In this document: piece by piece, positions 8,601 to 17,843 of the stretch
Layout of the letters: the number at the start of each line of letters is the position of its first letter
Numbering within the stretch: position 1 is the first letter of the stretch
Source: Ktedonobacterales bacterium
Lineage (GTDB): Bacteria > Chloroflexota > Ktedonobacteria > Ktedonobacterales > JADMIN01
NCBI GenBank assembly: GCA_036393135.1
Contig: DASVWQ010000058.1
Coordinates: 1-39,104 of the forward strand
DNA length: 39,104 nt
Direction: 5' to 3'
Made by a program: the position numbers and the translations under genes
The notes under the pieces: model-generated
What the model saw: only the letters and a program-made list of their open reading frames with translations
Database searches by the model: none
What the model was told of the DNA's origin: nothing

Positions 8601-8629
8601 TCTCCGCATCTATTCGCCGCTTACGCAGC

Positions 8630-10060
8630 CTAGCTATTCGCGCCGATCAGCTCCTCAGCCGACGCGCCCAACGCCTCGATGTCGCGCTTGTAGAACTTGC
8701 TGCCCCAGATGCCGACGACTCCCGCCGCCACCAGCGCAATCGGGCAGGTGATGAGCAGCGCCAGCCCGATCTGCTCGCCGCCAAGCCGCGAGGCCAACGC
8801 GTCGGCCAGCAGCCCCACCACGGCGGTCGCGTAGACATCGCCGAACAGGTGCGCCAGCGTCAACTCCAGCCCACCGCCAGCGGCGCGCAGGTTCGGCGGC
8901 AAGACATCCTGCAGGGCCGCGCTGGTCGGGCCATTGTAGACATTGAGGAAGAACGCCGCGCCCAGCCCCATCAGCGCAAAGATGATGACGCCGACCGTTA
9001 CCTGCGTCGAAGATGACGCCGCCTGATAGGCCGGGATCGCGCGCAACACATATGGCGCGCCCAGCGCCACCACCACGAACGGCGCCGCGTAGAGGAAGCC
9101 CAGGCCACCTGTCCGCACCCGCGCGCCGATATACTTGTGCCGCAGCCGGTTCGCCCACGCCCCGCCATAGATACCGCCGATGATCCCGCCCACCACCAGC
9201 AGCGCGCCAGGGATGATCGAGCCAAGCGTGCGACTCAGCGCTGCCGCGCCAAAGTGCGAATACACGCCGTATTCGTGGCTAAAGTAGATGATGAGCCAGT
9301 ACGAGATTGCGGCCAGCGGAAAGAAGCCCAGCGCATGCTGAAAGAGCACCACGCGGAAGGTCGGGATACGCCAGCAGCGCTTGATAACCGCAATGACATG
9401 CATCCCCTGCGCCATCTCGACTGGCTCCGGGTCCGTATCAGCCTTCAGGCGGTTGCGGAGGAAGAACATCAGCCCCGCGAGGATCAGCCCCGGCACGGCG
9501 CTGATATAAAACACCAGCCGCCAGCGGTCAGGATAGTCGAAGAAGCCGCCGATCAGGAAGCCAATCCCGGCCCCGAAGAGCGCGCTGGACCCCCACCACG
9601 CCAGGATCGACGCGCGGCGCTGCGGCGGGAACCAGGCCGCCAGCAGTGGCGTGCCAGAGGGATAATAGCTACCCTCACCGATACCCACCGCCGAGCGCGC
9701 CACCAGCATCGACGTGAAGTCCACCGCGCGCCCGGTCAGTAGCGTCGCCAGGCTCCAGACGGCCACCCCCGCGCCCACGACTACCTTGCGGCTGTAGCGC
9801 TCGGCGAGGTAGCCCAGCGGGAAGGCGACCAGCGAGTAGACAATCAGGAAGGCGCTACCGAAAACGCCATACTGGAAGTCGGTAAACCCGAACTGCTTCT
9901 GCACCGTATCCGAAACCGCCGTAAAGATGAAGCGGTCGGCGTAGTTGAAGAAGTTCAGGCCGCACATCAGCCAGAAGACGTACCAGGCGTAGACCCCCAC
10001 ACGCGGGCGGATCGCCGACCCCTGTTGCGGCGCCGGGACGGAGGATGTTACTTCACTCAC
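8630..10060 (-). CDS. MFS transporter
   Basis: 476 aa with about 12 predicted TM helices and the MFS loop motif context (FNYADRF...). GTG start at 10060 lies 6 nt after AGGAG. Confidence 0.85.
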   Translation of the reverse strand: MSEVTSSVPAPQQGSAIRPRVGVYAWYVFWLMCGLNFFNYADRFIFTAVSDTVQKQFGFTDFQYGVFGSAFLIVYSLVAFPLGYLAERYSRKVVVGAGVAVWSLATLLTGRAVDFTSMLVARSAVGIGEGSYYPSGTPLLAAWFPPQRRASILAWWGSSALFGAGIGFLIGGFFDYPDRWRLVFYISAVPGLILAGLMFFLRNRLKADTDPEPVEMAQGMHVIAVIKRCWRIPTFRVVLFQHALGFFPLAAISYWLIIYFSHEYGVYSHFGAAALSRTLGSIIPGALLVVGGIIGGIYGGAWANRLRHKYIGARVRTGGLGFLYAAPFVVVALGAPYVLRAIPAYQAASSSTQVTVGVIIFALMGLGAAFFLNVYNGPTSAALQDVLPPNLRAAGGGLELTLAHLFGDVYATAVVGLLADALASRLGGEQIGLALLITCPIALVAAGVVGIWGSKFYKRDIEALGASAEELIGANS

Positions 10061-10146
10061 ATGAGGCTCCTGCGGGATTGATGAGGACGACGACTCGCGG
10101 GCTGCGAGCGCGGCATATGCCTCGCGCCCGCCTCGCGCTCGCGGGC

Positions 10147-10175
10147 ATCATAGCATGGCCGCCAAACGCGCACAA
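10147..10175 (-). promoter_or_regulatory. Candidate sigma70-type promoter for the MFS gene
   Basis: Minus strand reads TTGTGC (10175-10170), 17 nt, TATGAT (10152-10147), about 85 nt upstream of the GTG start. Confidence 0.3.
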
Positions 10176-10393
10176 TCGCAGAAACGCGGATACGATATGT
10201 GCAAAGGTTCGCAATTTGCCCACTGTCGTCGCGCGCAGGTTGGCGCATGCCCGGAAACGCCTTGCCATACGAAAACGCGCCACATCTCAGCACTCAGCAT
10301 CCGCTGCTCGCTCTACAGCGCGCCTCCCAATTTTCGGCTGTTCGCCCACATTGCAACGGCCAACGCATCCGCAACATGTACTATCCTGGCGAC

Positions 10394-10432
10394 TTTACGT
10401 CGCGCCAACGCCATGCTATAGTTTGTATAGTT
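10394..10432 (+). promoter_or_regulatory. Candidate promoter plus tandem TATAGTT repeat upstream of the HxlR-type regulator
   Basis: TTTACG (10394-10399), 17 nt, TATAGT (10417-10422). The motif TATAGTT recurs 9 bp later (10417-10423 and 10426-10432) in the only AT-rich patch of the intergenic region. Confidence 0.35.
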
Positions 10433-10493
10433 ATTGTTTCATTCACGACACATCACCTGCCGTCCGTGCGCGCCGGGTGAGGAGCGAGAGAGC

Positions 10494-10853
10494 ATGACAC
10501 AGCGTCCAGTCACCATCGACGACGCGGCGCCACCTGCCGCCCACAAAAGCGTGGTGTGTCCTGTCGCGCGTACAGCCGAAATCATCAGCGGCAAGTGGAC
10601 GCTGCTGATCATTCGTGATCTGACCACCGGCGTCAAGCGCTTCAGCGAGTTAGAACGCTCGCTGGAAGGCATCAGTCCCAAGACGCTCTCGGAGCGCCTC
10701 GTCGCGCTGGAGCGCGAGGGCGTGCTGACCCGCCGGACCTATGCCGAGGTGCCGCCGCGCGTCGAGTATTCGCTGACCGAGAAGGGCCAGGCGCTGGCAG
10801 GCGTGATCGAGGAGATGCGCTCATACGGGCGGGCGTGGCTCGGCTGCGATTGA
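10494..10853 (+). CDS. HxlR-family (MarR-like winged-helix) transcriptional regulator
   Basis: CPVARTAEIISGKWTLLIIRDL...FSELERSLEGISPKTLSERLVALEREGVLTRRTYAEVPPRVEYSLTEKG is a textbook HxlR signature. ATG at 10494 follows GGTGAGGAGCGAGAG. The track start at 10434 adds 20 unlikely residues. Confidence 0.88.
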   Translation: MTQRPVTIDDAAPPAAHKSVVCPVARTAEIISGKWTLLIIRDLTTGVKRFSELERSLEGISPKTLSERLVALEREGVLTRRTYAEVPPRVEYSLTEKGQALAGVIEEMRSYGRAWLGCD

Positions 10854-10861
10854 CACCTTCG

Positions 10862-10888
10862 CGGGCGCACAGCCACGCCGCGCGCCCG
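10862..10888. terminator. Short GC hairpin between convergent hxlR-type gene and ispF
   Basis: CGGGCGC (10862-10868) / GCGCCCG (10882-10888) with a 13-nt loop, in the 36-nt gap between the two stops. Confidence 0.3.
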
Positions 10889-10889
10889 G

Positions 10890-11384
10890 CTATCCGCGCG
10901 CGATCAGCGCCACCGCGTAGCAGGCCATCCCTTCCTCGCGGCCGGTGAAGCCCATACCATCGCTCGTCTTTGACTTCACGCTCACCCGCTCGGAGGCTAT
11001 CCCCAGCAGCCCCGCCAGCGAGGCGCGCATCGCCGCGACGTGTGGCGAGAGACGCGGACGCTCCGCCACGATAGTCACGTCCACATTCACCACGCTCCAG
11101 CCCTCGCCTGCCAGCGCCGCGACCGCCGCCGCCACGAAGGCCGAGCTGGCCGCACCGCGCCAACGCTCGTCGCTCGACGGGAAGAATGCGCCGATGTCGC
11201 CCAGCGCCGCCGCGCCCAGCAGCGCGTCCACTACGGCGTGCAGCGCGACATCGGCGTCCGAATGCCCTGCCAGCCCGCGCTCGTGGGGAATTCGCACGCC
11301 CGCCAGCATCAGCGGGCGGCCATCCTCCGCCACCGCAAATCGATGCGCGTCATAGCCCATGCCCACGCGCGTTTCCCGCTCCAT
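10890..11384 (-). CDS. ispF: 2-C-methyl-D-erythritol 2,4-cyclodiphosphate synthase
   Basis: GMGYDAHRF, GHSDADVALHAVVDALLGA and KSKTSDGMGFTG motifs, about 160 aa. ATG follows GAGGAGG, which lies inside the end of the PBP gene. Confidence 0.92.
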   Translation of the reverse strand: MERETRVGMGYDAHRFAVAEDGRPLMLAGVRIPHERGLAGHSDADVALHAVVDALLGAAALGDIGAFFPSSDERWRGAASSAFVAAAVAALAGEGWSVVNVDVTIVAERPRLSPHVAAMRASLAGLLGIASERVSVKSKTSDGMGFTGREEGMACYAVALIARG

Positions 11385-11394
11385 GAGCGCCTCC

Positions 11395-13935
11395 TCACTG
11401 CCCGGTCGGCGAGGCCGCGGGGCTGGCTGGCGCGGTTGGTGTCGGAGCCTGCGGCGCGGGAATGGATTGCAGATAGGCGGTCATGATGGCCTGCGAGGCC
11501 GGCCCCGCGTAGGTGACGCCCTCACCGGAGTACTCCACCAGCGTCCCGACGGCGATCTGCGGCGTGGCGGGCGGGCCAGAGAGCTTCGAGGCGGGCGCGT
11601 AGGCCGTGAACCACGAATGCGGCATGGGCTGGCCAGACTCCGCCGTGCCAGTCTTGCCCGCAACCGTCACGGGATAGTTGGCGAAGAGCGATGTCGCTGT
11701 GCCGTTGGGCGCATAGATCGGGCCGAGCATGGCCGCCTGCACGATCTGGAGGTTAGCCGCCGAGAGTGGCGCGCTCCCCGCCTTCTGCGGCGTGAAGGTC
11801 GCCGTCACGGCGCCCGCCGCGTTCACCACCTTCGTCACCAGCAGCGGACGCATCCGCACGCCATTGTTCGCGATGGTCGCCGTCATCTGCGCCACCTGCG
11901 CAGGCGTCGCCTCGAAGAAGCCCTGCCCGATGCCCAGATTCGCCGCGTCGGTCGGCGTCCAGGTCGCGTTCTTGTTCGCCTTCAGCCATGACGGATCAGG
12001 CACGAGGCCCGGATTGTCCTCCTGCGCTGGCAGCCCAATCATCCCCGTCGCCGCGCCGAAGCCGAAGCCCTTCGCCTCATTGGAGAGGATGGTCGGATCT
12101 TGCTTGTTGAGGATCACGGCGATATTCCAGAACACCACATCGCATGATGGCGCGATGGCCTGCGGCGCCGTCAGGTTCCCATGACCCGTCGGTGAGTCGT
12201 CGTAGCGCAGGTGGTTCTCGCCCGGTACCTGGAACGTCCCCTTGCAGGTGAAGATCTGCGAGGAGGAGATGCCGTGTTCGAGTCCGGCGGAGAGCGTTAC
12301 CAGCTTGAAAACTGAGCCGATGGGATCAGCGGTCATCGTCGCCCGATTGAGATAGGGGCTGCTCAGGGCGTTGAAGCGCGCCTGCTCGTTCGCGGTGAAG
12401 CCCAGCGAAAAGTCATTCGGGTCGTAGGTGGGGTAGGACGCCATCGCCAGCACAGCGCCCGTCGTGGGGTCCAGCGCGACCGCGCCGCCCGAATGTCCGC
12501 TCTGCTTCGCCAGGTTCGCCATCGCCGCCTGCTGCGCCGCGAGACTGATCGTTGTGTAGACATCCTCGCCGTTCTGCGCCGAGCGCTGGGCGATGGTGGC
12601 GACGATTGGGCCGTCCGAGCCATCGCCGTTGCGCGAGCGGATCACCAGCGTACCGCCCTTGGTTGGGCGCAAATACTGCTCTCCCCACTGCTCCACGCCT
12701 GCGCGCCCGATGGTGTCGCCGCTCTGGTAGTAGTGCGCGCTGTCGTTCTTGAGGTCATCCGGGCTGACCTGACCGATATAGCCCGTCACTGGCGCTGTCA
12801 CCACACCGTAGGGATAAACTCGCCCCTCGCTCTGCTGTATCTGGATGCCCGGCGCATTCAGCGACGCGCTCACCTGCGCGTAGAGCGTTGGCGTGATCGC
12901 GCGCACTGGCCAGAAGGTGTTGGCGTCCTTCCCCTGATACGCGGCGGTAATCTCGGCGGGCGTCAGATCGAGGTTCTTCACCAACGCCTGGGTGACGGCG
13001 CTCTGGCTGCTAATCTTGGCGGGGACAACCCCCACGACATAGGTGGTCGCGTCCAGCGCCAGCGCCTTCCCGTCCGCGCTGTAGATCGTCCCGCGATTCG
13101 CGCTCTGCGTCGTGAGCCGGACCAGGTTCAGGTAGTTCGGATCATTCGGATTGTCGAGCTGCGGGAAGATCAGGCCCGGACTCCAGTCTACCCACCAGCT
13201 GTTATGCTCCAGCCGCAGCGGCACGGTGATGTCCACCGCGACATCGCCCAGGCTTACGCTGCGCATGATGACCCGCGCGGGGAAGCTGACCTGCGTGGCG
13301 CTGATCCGCTTCACCGCGCCCAGCGTGGCCGACATGCTATAGATTTGCGCCGCGTTGATGATGCCCTGAGTGCGCCGCATCAGGTAGTCCTGCGCGCTGG
13401 CGTAGTCCACCGAATTGACGCTGAGATTGGCGGCGGCGTGCAGCAACGTCGGATTGTTGAACCGCGCGCGGCTGACCGAGGAAGTCAGCGCATACATCGC
13501 AGGGTAGTGGCCTCCGGTGTAGTCCGCGAGATAGGCGTTGGCCACCTGGCACGGCGAGCCATCACCGCAGCCGTTGATGTCGTTCACGCCCTGGTTGCGG
13601 AGCAGGGACGGCCCGGCGATGGCATACGCCAGCCCGCCGATGATCGCCACCACCAGCAGTGTGACCAGCGCGTAGGCCCAGACTGGAATCCGGCGCTGGC
13701 GGAGGCGCTGGGTCTGGCGACGCCGGGCGGTCGCTCGCTGCGGCGGAGCCTTTTGGTTCAGGCGTCCGAGCGCCTCCGAGGGCATATCTCTGGTCGGCTC
13801 ATCGAAACCAACAGGAGCGGGCGTCACGATGGCGTCCACGATCTCCGGCGTGTATGGGCCAGTCGCCACCTCTCCGGACTCGTGGACTTCCTCCAACGTC
13901 TCCTCGCCATCTCGCCCAGGCGTCTCGTCCGCCAT
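11395..13935 (-). CDS. Class B penicillin-binding protein (transpeptidase) with a long cytoplasmic N-tail and an NTF2/MecA_N-like domain
   Basis: Single TM helix (IPVWAYALVTLLVVAIIGGLAYAIAG) after about 90 cytoplasmic residues. Transpeptidase motifs are SxxK (GSVFK) and KTG (AGKTGTAE). The C-terminus is Pro/Ala-rich. Confidence 0.9.
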   Translation of the reverse strand: MADETPGRDGEETLEEVHESGEVATGPYTPEIVDAIVTPAPVGFDEPTRDMPSEALGRLNQKAPPQRATARRRQTQRLRQRRIPVWAYALVTLLVVAIIGGLAYAIAGPSLLRNQGVNDINGCGDGSPCQVANAYLADYTGGHYPAMYALTSSVSRARFNNPTLLHAAANLSVNSVDYASAQDYLMRRTQGIINAAQIYSMSATLGAVKRISATQVSFPARVIMRSVSLGDVAVDITVPLRLEHNSWWVDWSPGLIFPQLDNPNDPNYLNLVRLTTQSANRGTIYSADGKALALDATTYVVGVVPAKISSQSAVTQALVKNLDLTPAEITAAYQGKDANTFWPVRAITPTLYAQVSASLNAPGIQIQQSEGRVYPYGVVTAPVTGYIGQVSPDDLKNDSAHYYQSGDTIGRAGVEQWGEQYLRPTKGGTLVIRSRNGDGSDGPIVATIAQRSAQNGEDVYTTISLAAQQAAMANLAKQSGHSGGAVALDPTTGAVLAMASYPTYDPNDFSLGFTANEQARFNALSSPYLNRATMTADPIGSVFKLVTLSAGLEHGISSSQIFTCKGTFQVPGENHLRYDDSPTGHGNLTAPQAIAPSCDVVFWNIAVILNKQDPTILSNEAKGFGFGAATGMIGLPAQEDNPGLVPDPSWLKANKNATWTPTDAANLGIGQGFFEATPAQVAQMTATIANNGVRMRPLLVTKVVNAAGAVTATFTPQKAGSAPLSAANLQIVQAAMLGPIYAPNGTATSLFANYPVTVAGKTGTAESGQPMPHSWFTAYAPASKLSGPPATPQIAVGTLVEYSGEGVTYAGPASQAIMTAYLQSIPAPQAPTPTAPASPAASPTGQ

Positions 13936-14164
13936 CGCCTACACCCTTTCTCTGCCCGCTCTGTCGCCGCCTGACCTATTGTACACGTCGCCCGCGCACT
14001 TTCGCCTGTCGTCCATGTCACAGCCCTGACTGCGCTTCCGGCCCGCCGGAATGGGCCAGCGACGAGCGAGCATATCGGCGCGCGTGGCACAATATCGGCG
14101 GCGCACTGAGGACGTCTGGCTGGGGCGCCGCTGGACTGTAGGATGTGGAGGGAGCGGACCCGCC

Positions 14165-16375
14165 ATGCGCGCCGCCGACACGCGAGAAGTTACGATGCGC
14201 GTCCTGCGCGCTATTCCGGCGAGTTGGCGCCCCCACGCGCTACCACTTGGCGCCGCCGTCCTCGTTGGCGCGCTCTTGCGATTGCTCTGGCTGGGCGACA
14301 CGTCGTTCCTGGGCGACCAGGCCCAACTACTGGCGCTGGGCCGATCCGCCGCCGACCATCACGCTTTCATCGTCACTGGCATCCCCAGTTCCATCGGCGC
14401 GCTCAACATGCCCATCTCCGATTGGCTCTATGCGCCGTTCGCCGTGGTCGGCGGGCCGCTGGGCGCCACGCTCTTCACCGCGCTCGCCAACATCGCCGCC
14501 GTTGCGCTGCTCTACCTGCTCGCCGCGCGCTATCTCAGCCGCCTGGCGGCGTTCGCGGCGGCGCTGCTCTACGCCACCGCCAGTGGCCCCGTCCACTACG
14601 CCCGCTTCATCTGGCAGCAAAATCTGCTCGCGCCGATCATCCTGCTCTTCATCTGGGTGATCGCATTAGCGGTGGTCGAGAGACGACGCGGCTGGCTGGG
14701 CTGGGCTGTCCTGCTGTGGGGCGTCGCCACCGGACTTCACCCCACAGCGGCGCCGCTGCTTGGGCTGATCGCCATGGCGCTGGCGTTCACCTGGCGTGAC
14801 GTGCGGCGGCGCGACCTTGGCTGGACGGCGGCGGCCCTCGTCGCGCTCTTCGGCCCGACCCTCATGTGGGAGTTGGTGAGCCACGGCGCCGACCTGAAGC
14901 TCGCGAGCCGATTCACCCAGGGCCACGCCAGCTTCGACACCTGGGCATTCACCTACCTCGTCCGTCTCGTCCAACCCGCGCCGCCTGAATGGCTCGGCGC
15001 TGGTTCGTCCTATCGCGCGCTGGGCGTGGCCCTCATCCCGCTGGGTTGGCTGATAGCGGCGCTGCTGGTCGCGGCAGAGGGCTGGCTGGTGTGGCGCCTG
15101 CTCACCCCCTGGCTCGCACGTGGCCTGGCGGCGCCAGACACACGTGGCGCCGCCAGGTTGCGCGCCATGCTACGCGCCGGGCTACGCGCTGGGCTGGCCG
15201 AGCGGCAGCGGCGCGTCGCGCTGATCCTGGCGCTGTGGCAGGCGCTGCCGCTCGCCTTCATGCTGCGCCACTCTCGCCCGGTAGAGCCGCACTATCTGCT
15301 CGTGCTCCTGCCTGGCGTCTACCTCTGCATCGGCGGATTCCTCGCCTGGGCGGCTGTCCAGTTGGGACGTGCGGTGGTGCGTCAGTCGCTGCCCGTGACG
15401 CAAGGGCGGCTGCTGGCGCCGGCTGCCCTCATCGTCGCGCTCATCGGCATCGGCGGCGCGCAGACCTTCGGCGTGGCGAGCGAACTGGCGACCATCCATA
15501 GTGGAGTCTTCGACGGGCTAGCGCTGCCACTGCACTACGGCGTACCCCTCTCCAGCCAGCTCGACGCGCTGGACGCGACTCAAGCGGCCGCGCGCCGTCT
15601 GCATGCGGCGGTCGCCATCGCGTCTACCGCCGTCCAGCAGGAATCGCTGGGCTATCTCAACGCGACCGACAGCGCCGCTCTCCCCGCCACGGACTACATC
15701 AGCGCTGGCTGTGTCGCGCTGCCCGCCGCCAACGCGATGGCGCCGCTGGTCACGCTAGCGCTGCCCAGCAGCGACGCCGCAGCCCTCCTTCCAGATGTCG
15801 TCGGCGCCCACACGCTCGGCGCTGTCGCCGTCCAGGGCGCCGCGCCCTATCGACTCTATGCCATCACGCCAGGCGCGACCATTCACGGCGCACTGCCAAT
15901 CAACGTCACTGCCGTCCAGATCAGCGCGCCACATCCAGCAGCCTACGCCTACACCACGCTCGGCCAAAGCGGGCTTGCGCTGGCCATCCACTGGCGCGGC
16001 GCGCCCGCGCTCCCGGACGCTGCCAATAGGGCGCGCTACTGGGACGGCGCCGACCCACTCGGCGCGCCCATCGCAAACTACACCTTCACCGTCCAGGCGC
16101 TCGACGCCCACGGCGACCCACTCGGCGCGCCGCTCACGACCACCTGCGGCCGGCTGGGCTGGTCGCGGGCGCTCAGCCTCGTCACGCTGACCATGCTGCC
16201 CGCCTCACTGCGCGAAAATCGCTCCATCGCGGACTGGCGCGTTACGGCGACGATGGCGCTGGCGACCGCCACGCGACCCACGCTCGGCCCGCTACCGCTG
16301 GAATCGGGCGCCATCTCATTTGGCCCGCCAACGCCGCTGGGCCAGGCGACGACATTCGCAGCCAATACGCCATGA
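14165..16375 (+). CDS. GT-C-fold membrane glycosyltransferase (ArnT/PMT, GT39-like) with a large C-terminal extracytoplasmic domain
   Basis: The N-terminal about 430 aa hold many TM helices with the layout of polyprenyl-phosphate-sugar-dependent GT-C enzymes; the first loop has LGDTSFLGDQ. The C-terminal about 300 aa are soluble and Ala-rich. ATG at 14165 lies 10 nt after GGAGGGAG; the alternative ATG at 14195 is possible. Confidence 0.7.
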   Translation: MRAADTREVTMRVLRAIPASWRPHALPLGAAVLVGALLRLLWLGDTSFLGDQAQLLALGRSAADHHAFIVTGIPSSIGALNMPISDWLYAPFAVVGGPLGATLFTALANIAAVALLYLLAARYLSRLAAFAAALLYATASGPVHYARFIWQQNLLAPIILLFIWVIALAVVERRRGWLGWAVLLWGVATGLHPTAAPLLGLIAMALAFTWRDVRRRDLGWTAAALVALFGPTLMWELVSHGADLKLASRFTQGHASFDTWAFTYLVRLVQPAPPEWLGAGSSYRALGVALIPLGWLIAALLVAAEGWLVWRLLTPWLARGLAAPDTRGAARLRAMLRAGLRAGLAERQRRVALILALWQALPLAFMLRHSRPVEPHYLLVLLPGVYLCIGGFLAWAAVQLGRAVVRQSLPVTQGRLLAPAALIVALIGIGGAQTFGVASELATIHSGVFDGLALPLHYGVPLSSQLDALDATQAAARRLHAAVAIASTAVQQESLGYLNATDSAALPATDYISAGCVALPAANAMAPLVTLALPSSDAAALLPDVVGAHTLGAVAVQGAAPYRLYAITPGATIHGALPINVTAVQISAPHPAAYAYTTLGQSGLALAIHWRGAPALPDAANRARYWDGADPLGAPIANYTFTVQALDAHGDPLGAPLTTTCGRLGWSRALSLVTLTMLPASLRENRSIADWRVTATMALATATRPTLGPLPLESGAISFGPPTPLGQATTFAANTP

Positions 16376-16484
16376 GCCGCGCGTTACCACCGTCCTGGCG
16401 CCACGTCTCGACTCTTGGAACATACGGACGCTGGAGGGACTCGCGGCGCATATCTCACACTCAATCGAAGGAGAAGTCCAGCAG

Positions 16485-17765
16485 ATGGGACTGGAAATAG
16501 ACGCGGCGCCGGATCGCTCTCCGGCGCGCTGGCGCGCACGACGGCCAGCATGGCTGCGCATGCCCGCGCCCGTGAGCCTGGCGCAATCGCAACGCACGCT
16601 ACCCTGGCGCGTCATCTTCGCCCAGGCCGCGAGCATCTGGCTCGCCACACGCATCGCCTACGCCATCCTGACGTGGTATCTGCCACTGGCCATCGGCGGG
16701 CAGGGACCATCAACGCATCCCTTCTCCCTCTATACGCTCATCCGCCGCTGGACCTATTGGGATGGCCACGCCTATATTGTGTTGGCGCAGGGTGGCTACA
16801 ACCACATCAATGATACGGTCTACTTCCCGCTCTTTCCTGGCTTGATCAAGATCGTCTCCACTCTGATCGGGTCCCACTGGATCACCGCCGCATTGCTGAT
16901 CTCGAACCTGGCCGCGCTGCTGGCGTACTTCGGCGTGGCGGCGTTGGCCGCGCAGATCGCTCCAGCCGGACGCGAGCGGCGCGTCGCGCGCACAGCGGTA
17001 CTGCTCTTTGCTACGTACCCGCTGGGATTCTTTCTGGTCGCCGCCTACTCGGACGGACTGTTTGCCGGTTTGGCCGCGCTTACGCTGCTCTTCAGCATGC
17101 GACGTGACTGGAGGTGGGCGGCTGCGGTGGGCATTCTGGCGGGCCTCTGCCGACCAGTGGCGCCCGCGCTCATCCTGCCACTGGCGTGGGAGGCGCTGCA
17201 ACGCTACCGCGAACTGCGCGCCGAAATGCCAATCCGACAGGCGCTCCGCCAGATGGCGCCCGCCGTCCCCGCCGTGCTAGGGCCGATCATCGGAATAGGA
17301 TTGTATGCCTGCTACCTCTGGCTGCGGTTCGGAAGTCCATTTACGTTCGTTCTGGCGGAGAGCCACTGGGCGCATTTCTTCCTGCTGCCCCTCTTCTCCA
17401 TCCCTGTCGCAATCGTCGGCTTCTTCGGTCTCCACGCGCAGACGACACTCCAGATGCGCGTATTCCTTGACCTGGCGCCCATCGTCGCCGCCGTCATCCT
17501 CACCTTCGCGGCCATCCGCCGCGCGCCAGTGGCGCTCACGCTCTACATGCTCTGCCTGCTCTTCCTGGTCACGTCGGAGCCAATCGACTTCACCGACCTG
17601 TTCATCTCCGGTGGACGCTACATGATTGCGGCGGCGCCGCTATTCGTCATCTTCGCCGGCCGCCTGGCCCGCTCCGAGTGGCTGCTGCCCATCCTGCTGT
17701 GGTCGGGCGCGCTGCTCCAGGCGCTGCTCGCGATATACTTTCTCCAGTACGGTTGGATTGTCTGA
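16485..17765 (+). CDS. PIG-V-like / mannosyltransferase-family GT-C membrane protein
   Basis: WTYWDGHAYIVLAQGGYNHINDTVYFPLFPGLIKIV matches the WD..Y..IA..GY....AFFPL.P signature of PIG-V-type mannosyltransferases, followed by about 8 more TM helices. ATG at 16485 follows GAAGGAGAAG. Confidence 0.75.
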   Translation: MGLEIDAAPDRSPARWRARRPAWLRMPAPVSLAQSQRTLPWRVIFAQAASIWLATRIAYAILTWYLPLAIGGQGPSTHPFSLYTLIRRWTYWDGHAYIVLAQGGYNHINDTVYFPLFPGLIKIVSTLIGSHWITAALLISNLAALLAYFGVAALAAQIAPAGRERRVARTAVLLFATYPLGFFLVAAYSDGLFAGLAALTLLFSMRRDWRWAAAVGILAGLCRPVAPALILPLAWEALQRYRELRAEMPIRQALRQMAPAVPAVLGPIIGIGLYACYLWLRFGSPFTFVLAESHWAHFFLLPLFSIPVAIVGFFGLHAQTTLQMRVFLDLAPIVAAVILTFAAIRRAPVALTLYMLCLLFLVTSEPIDFTDLFISGGRYMIAAAPLFVIFAGRLARSEWLLPILLWSGALLQALLAIYFLQYGWIV

Positions 17766-17778
17766 GCGCCAACGCGAA

Positions 17779-17820
17779 ACAGGCGGCTCGCCGAGGAGCA
17801 TTCCCCAGCGCGCCGCCTGT
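17779..17820. terminator. Hairpin between convergent genes
   Basis: Perfect 9-bp inverted repeat ACAGGCGGC (17779-17787) / GCCGCCTGT (17812-17820) with a 24-nt loop, 14 nt after the stop of the PIG-V-like gene. Confidence 0.35.
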
Positions 17821-17843
17821 CGCCGTCTGTGCCGTCGGCTCGG

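Noticed and set aside
10053-10497. Several 76-150-aa ORFs on both strands inside the MFS-hxlR intergenic region
   Set aside because: They overlap one another, lack SD sequences, and have Arg/Cys/His-rich or otherwise odd compositions. The region is better interpreted as promoter and leader DNA.
12493-13974. 493-aa plus-strand ORF
   Set aside because: It is antisense to the PBP gene (SxxK and KTG motifs on the minus strand) and has shadow-ORF composition.
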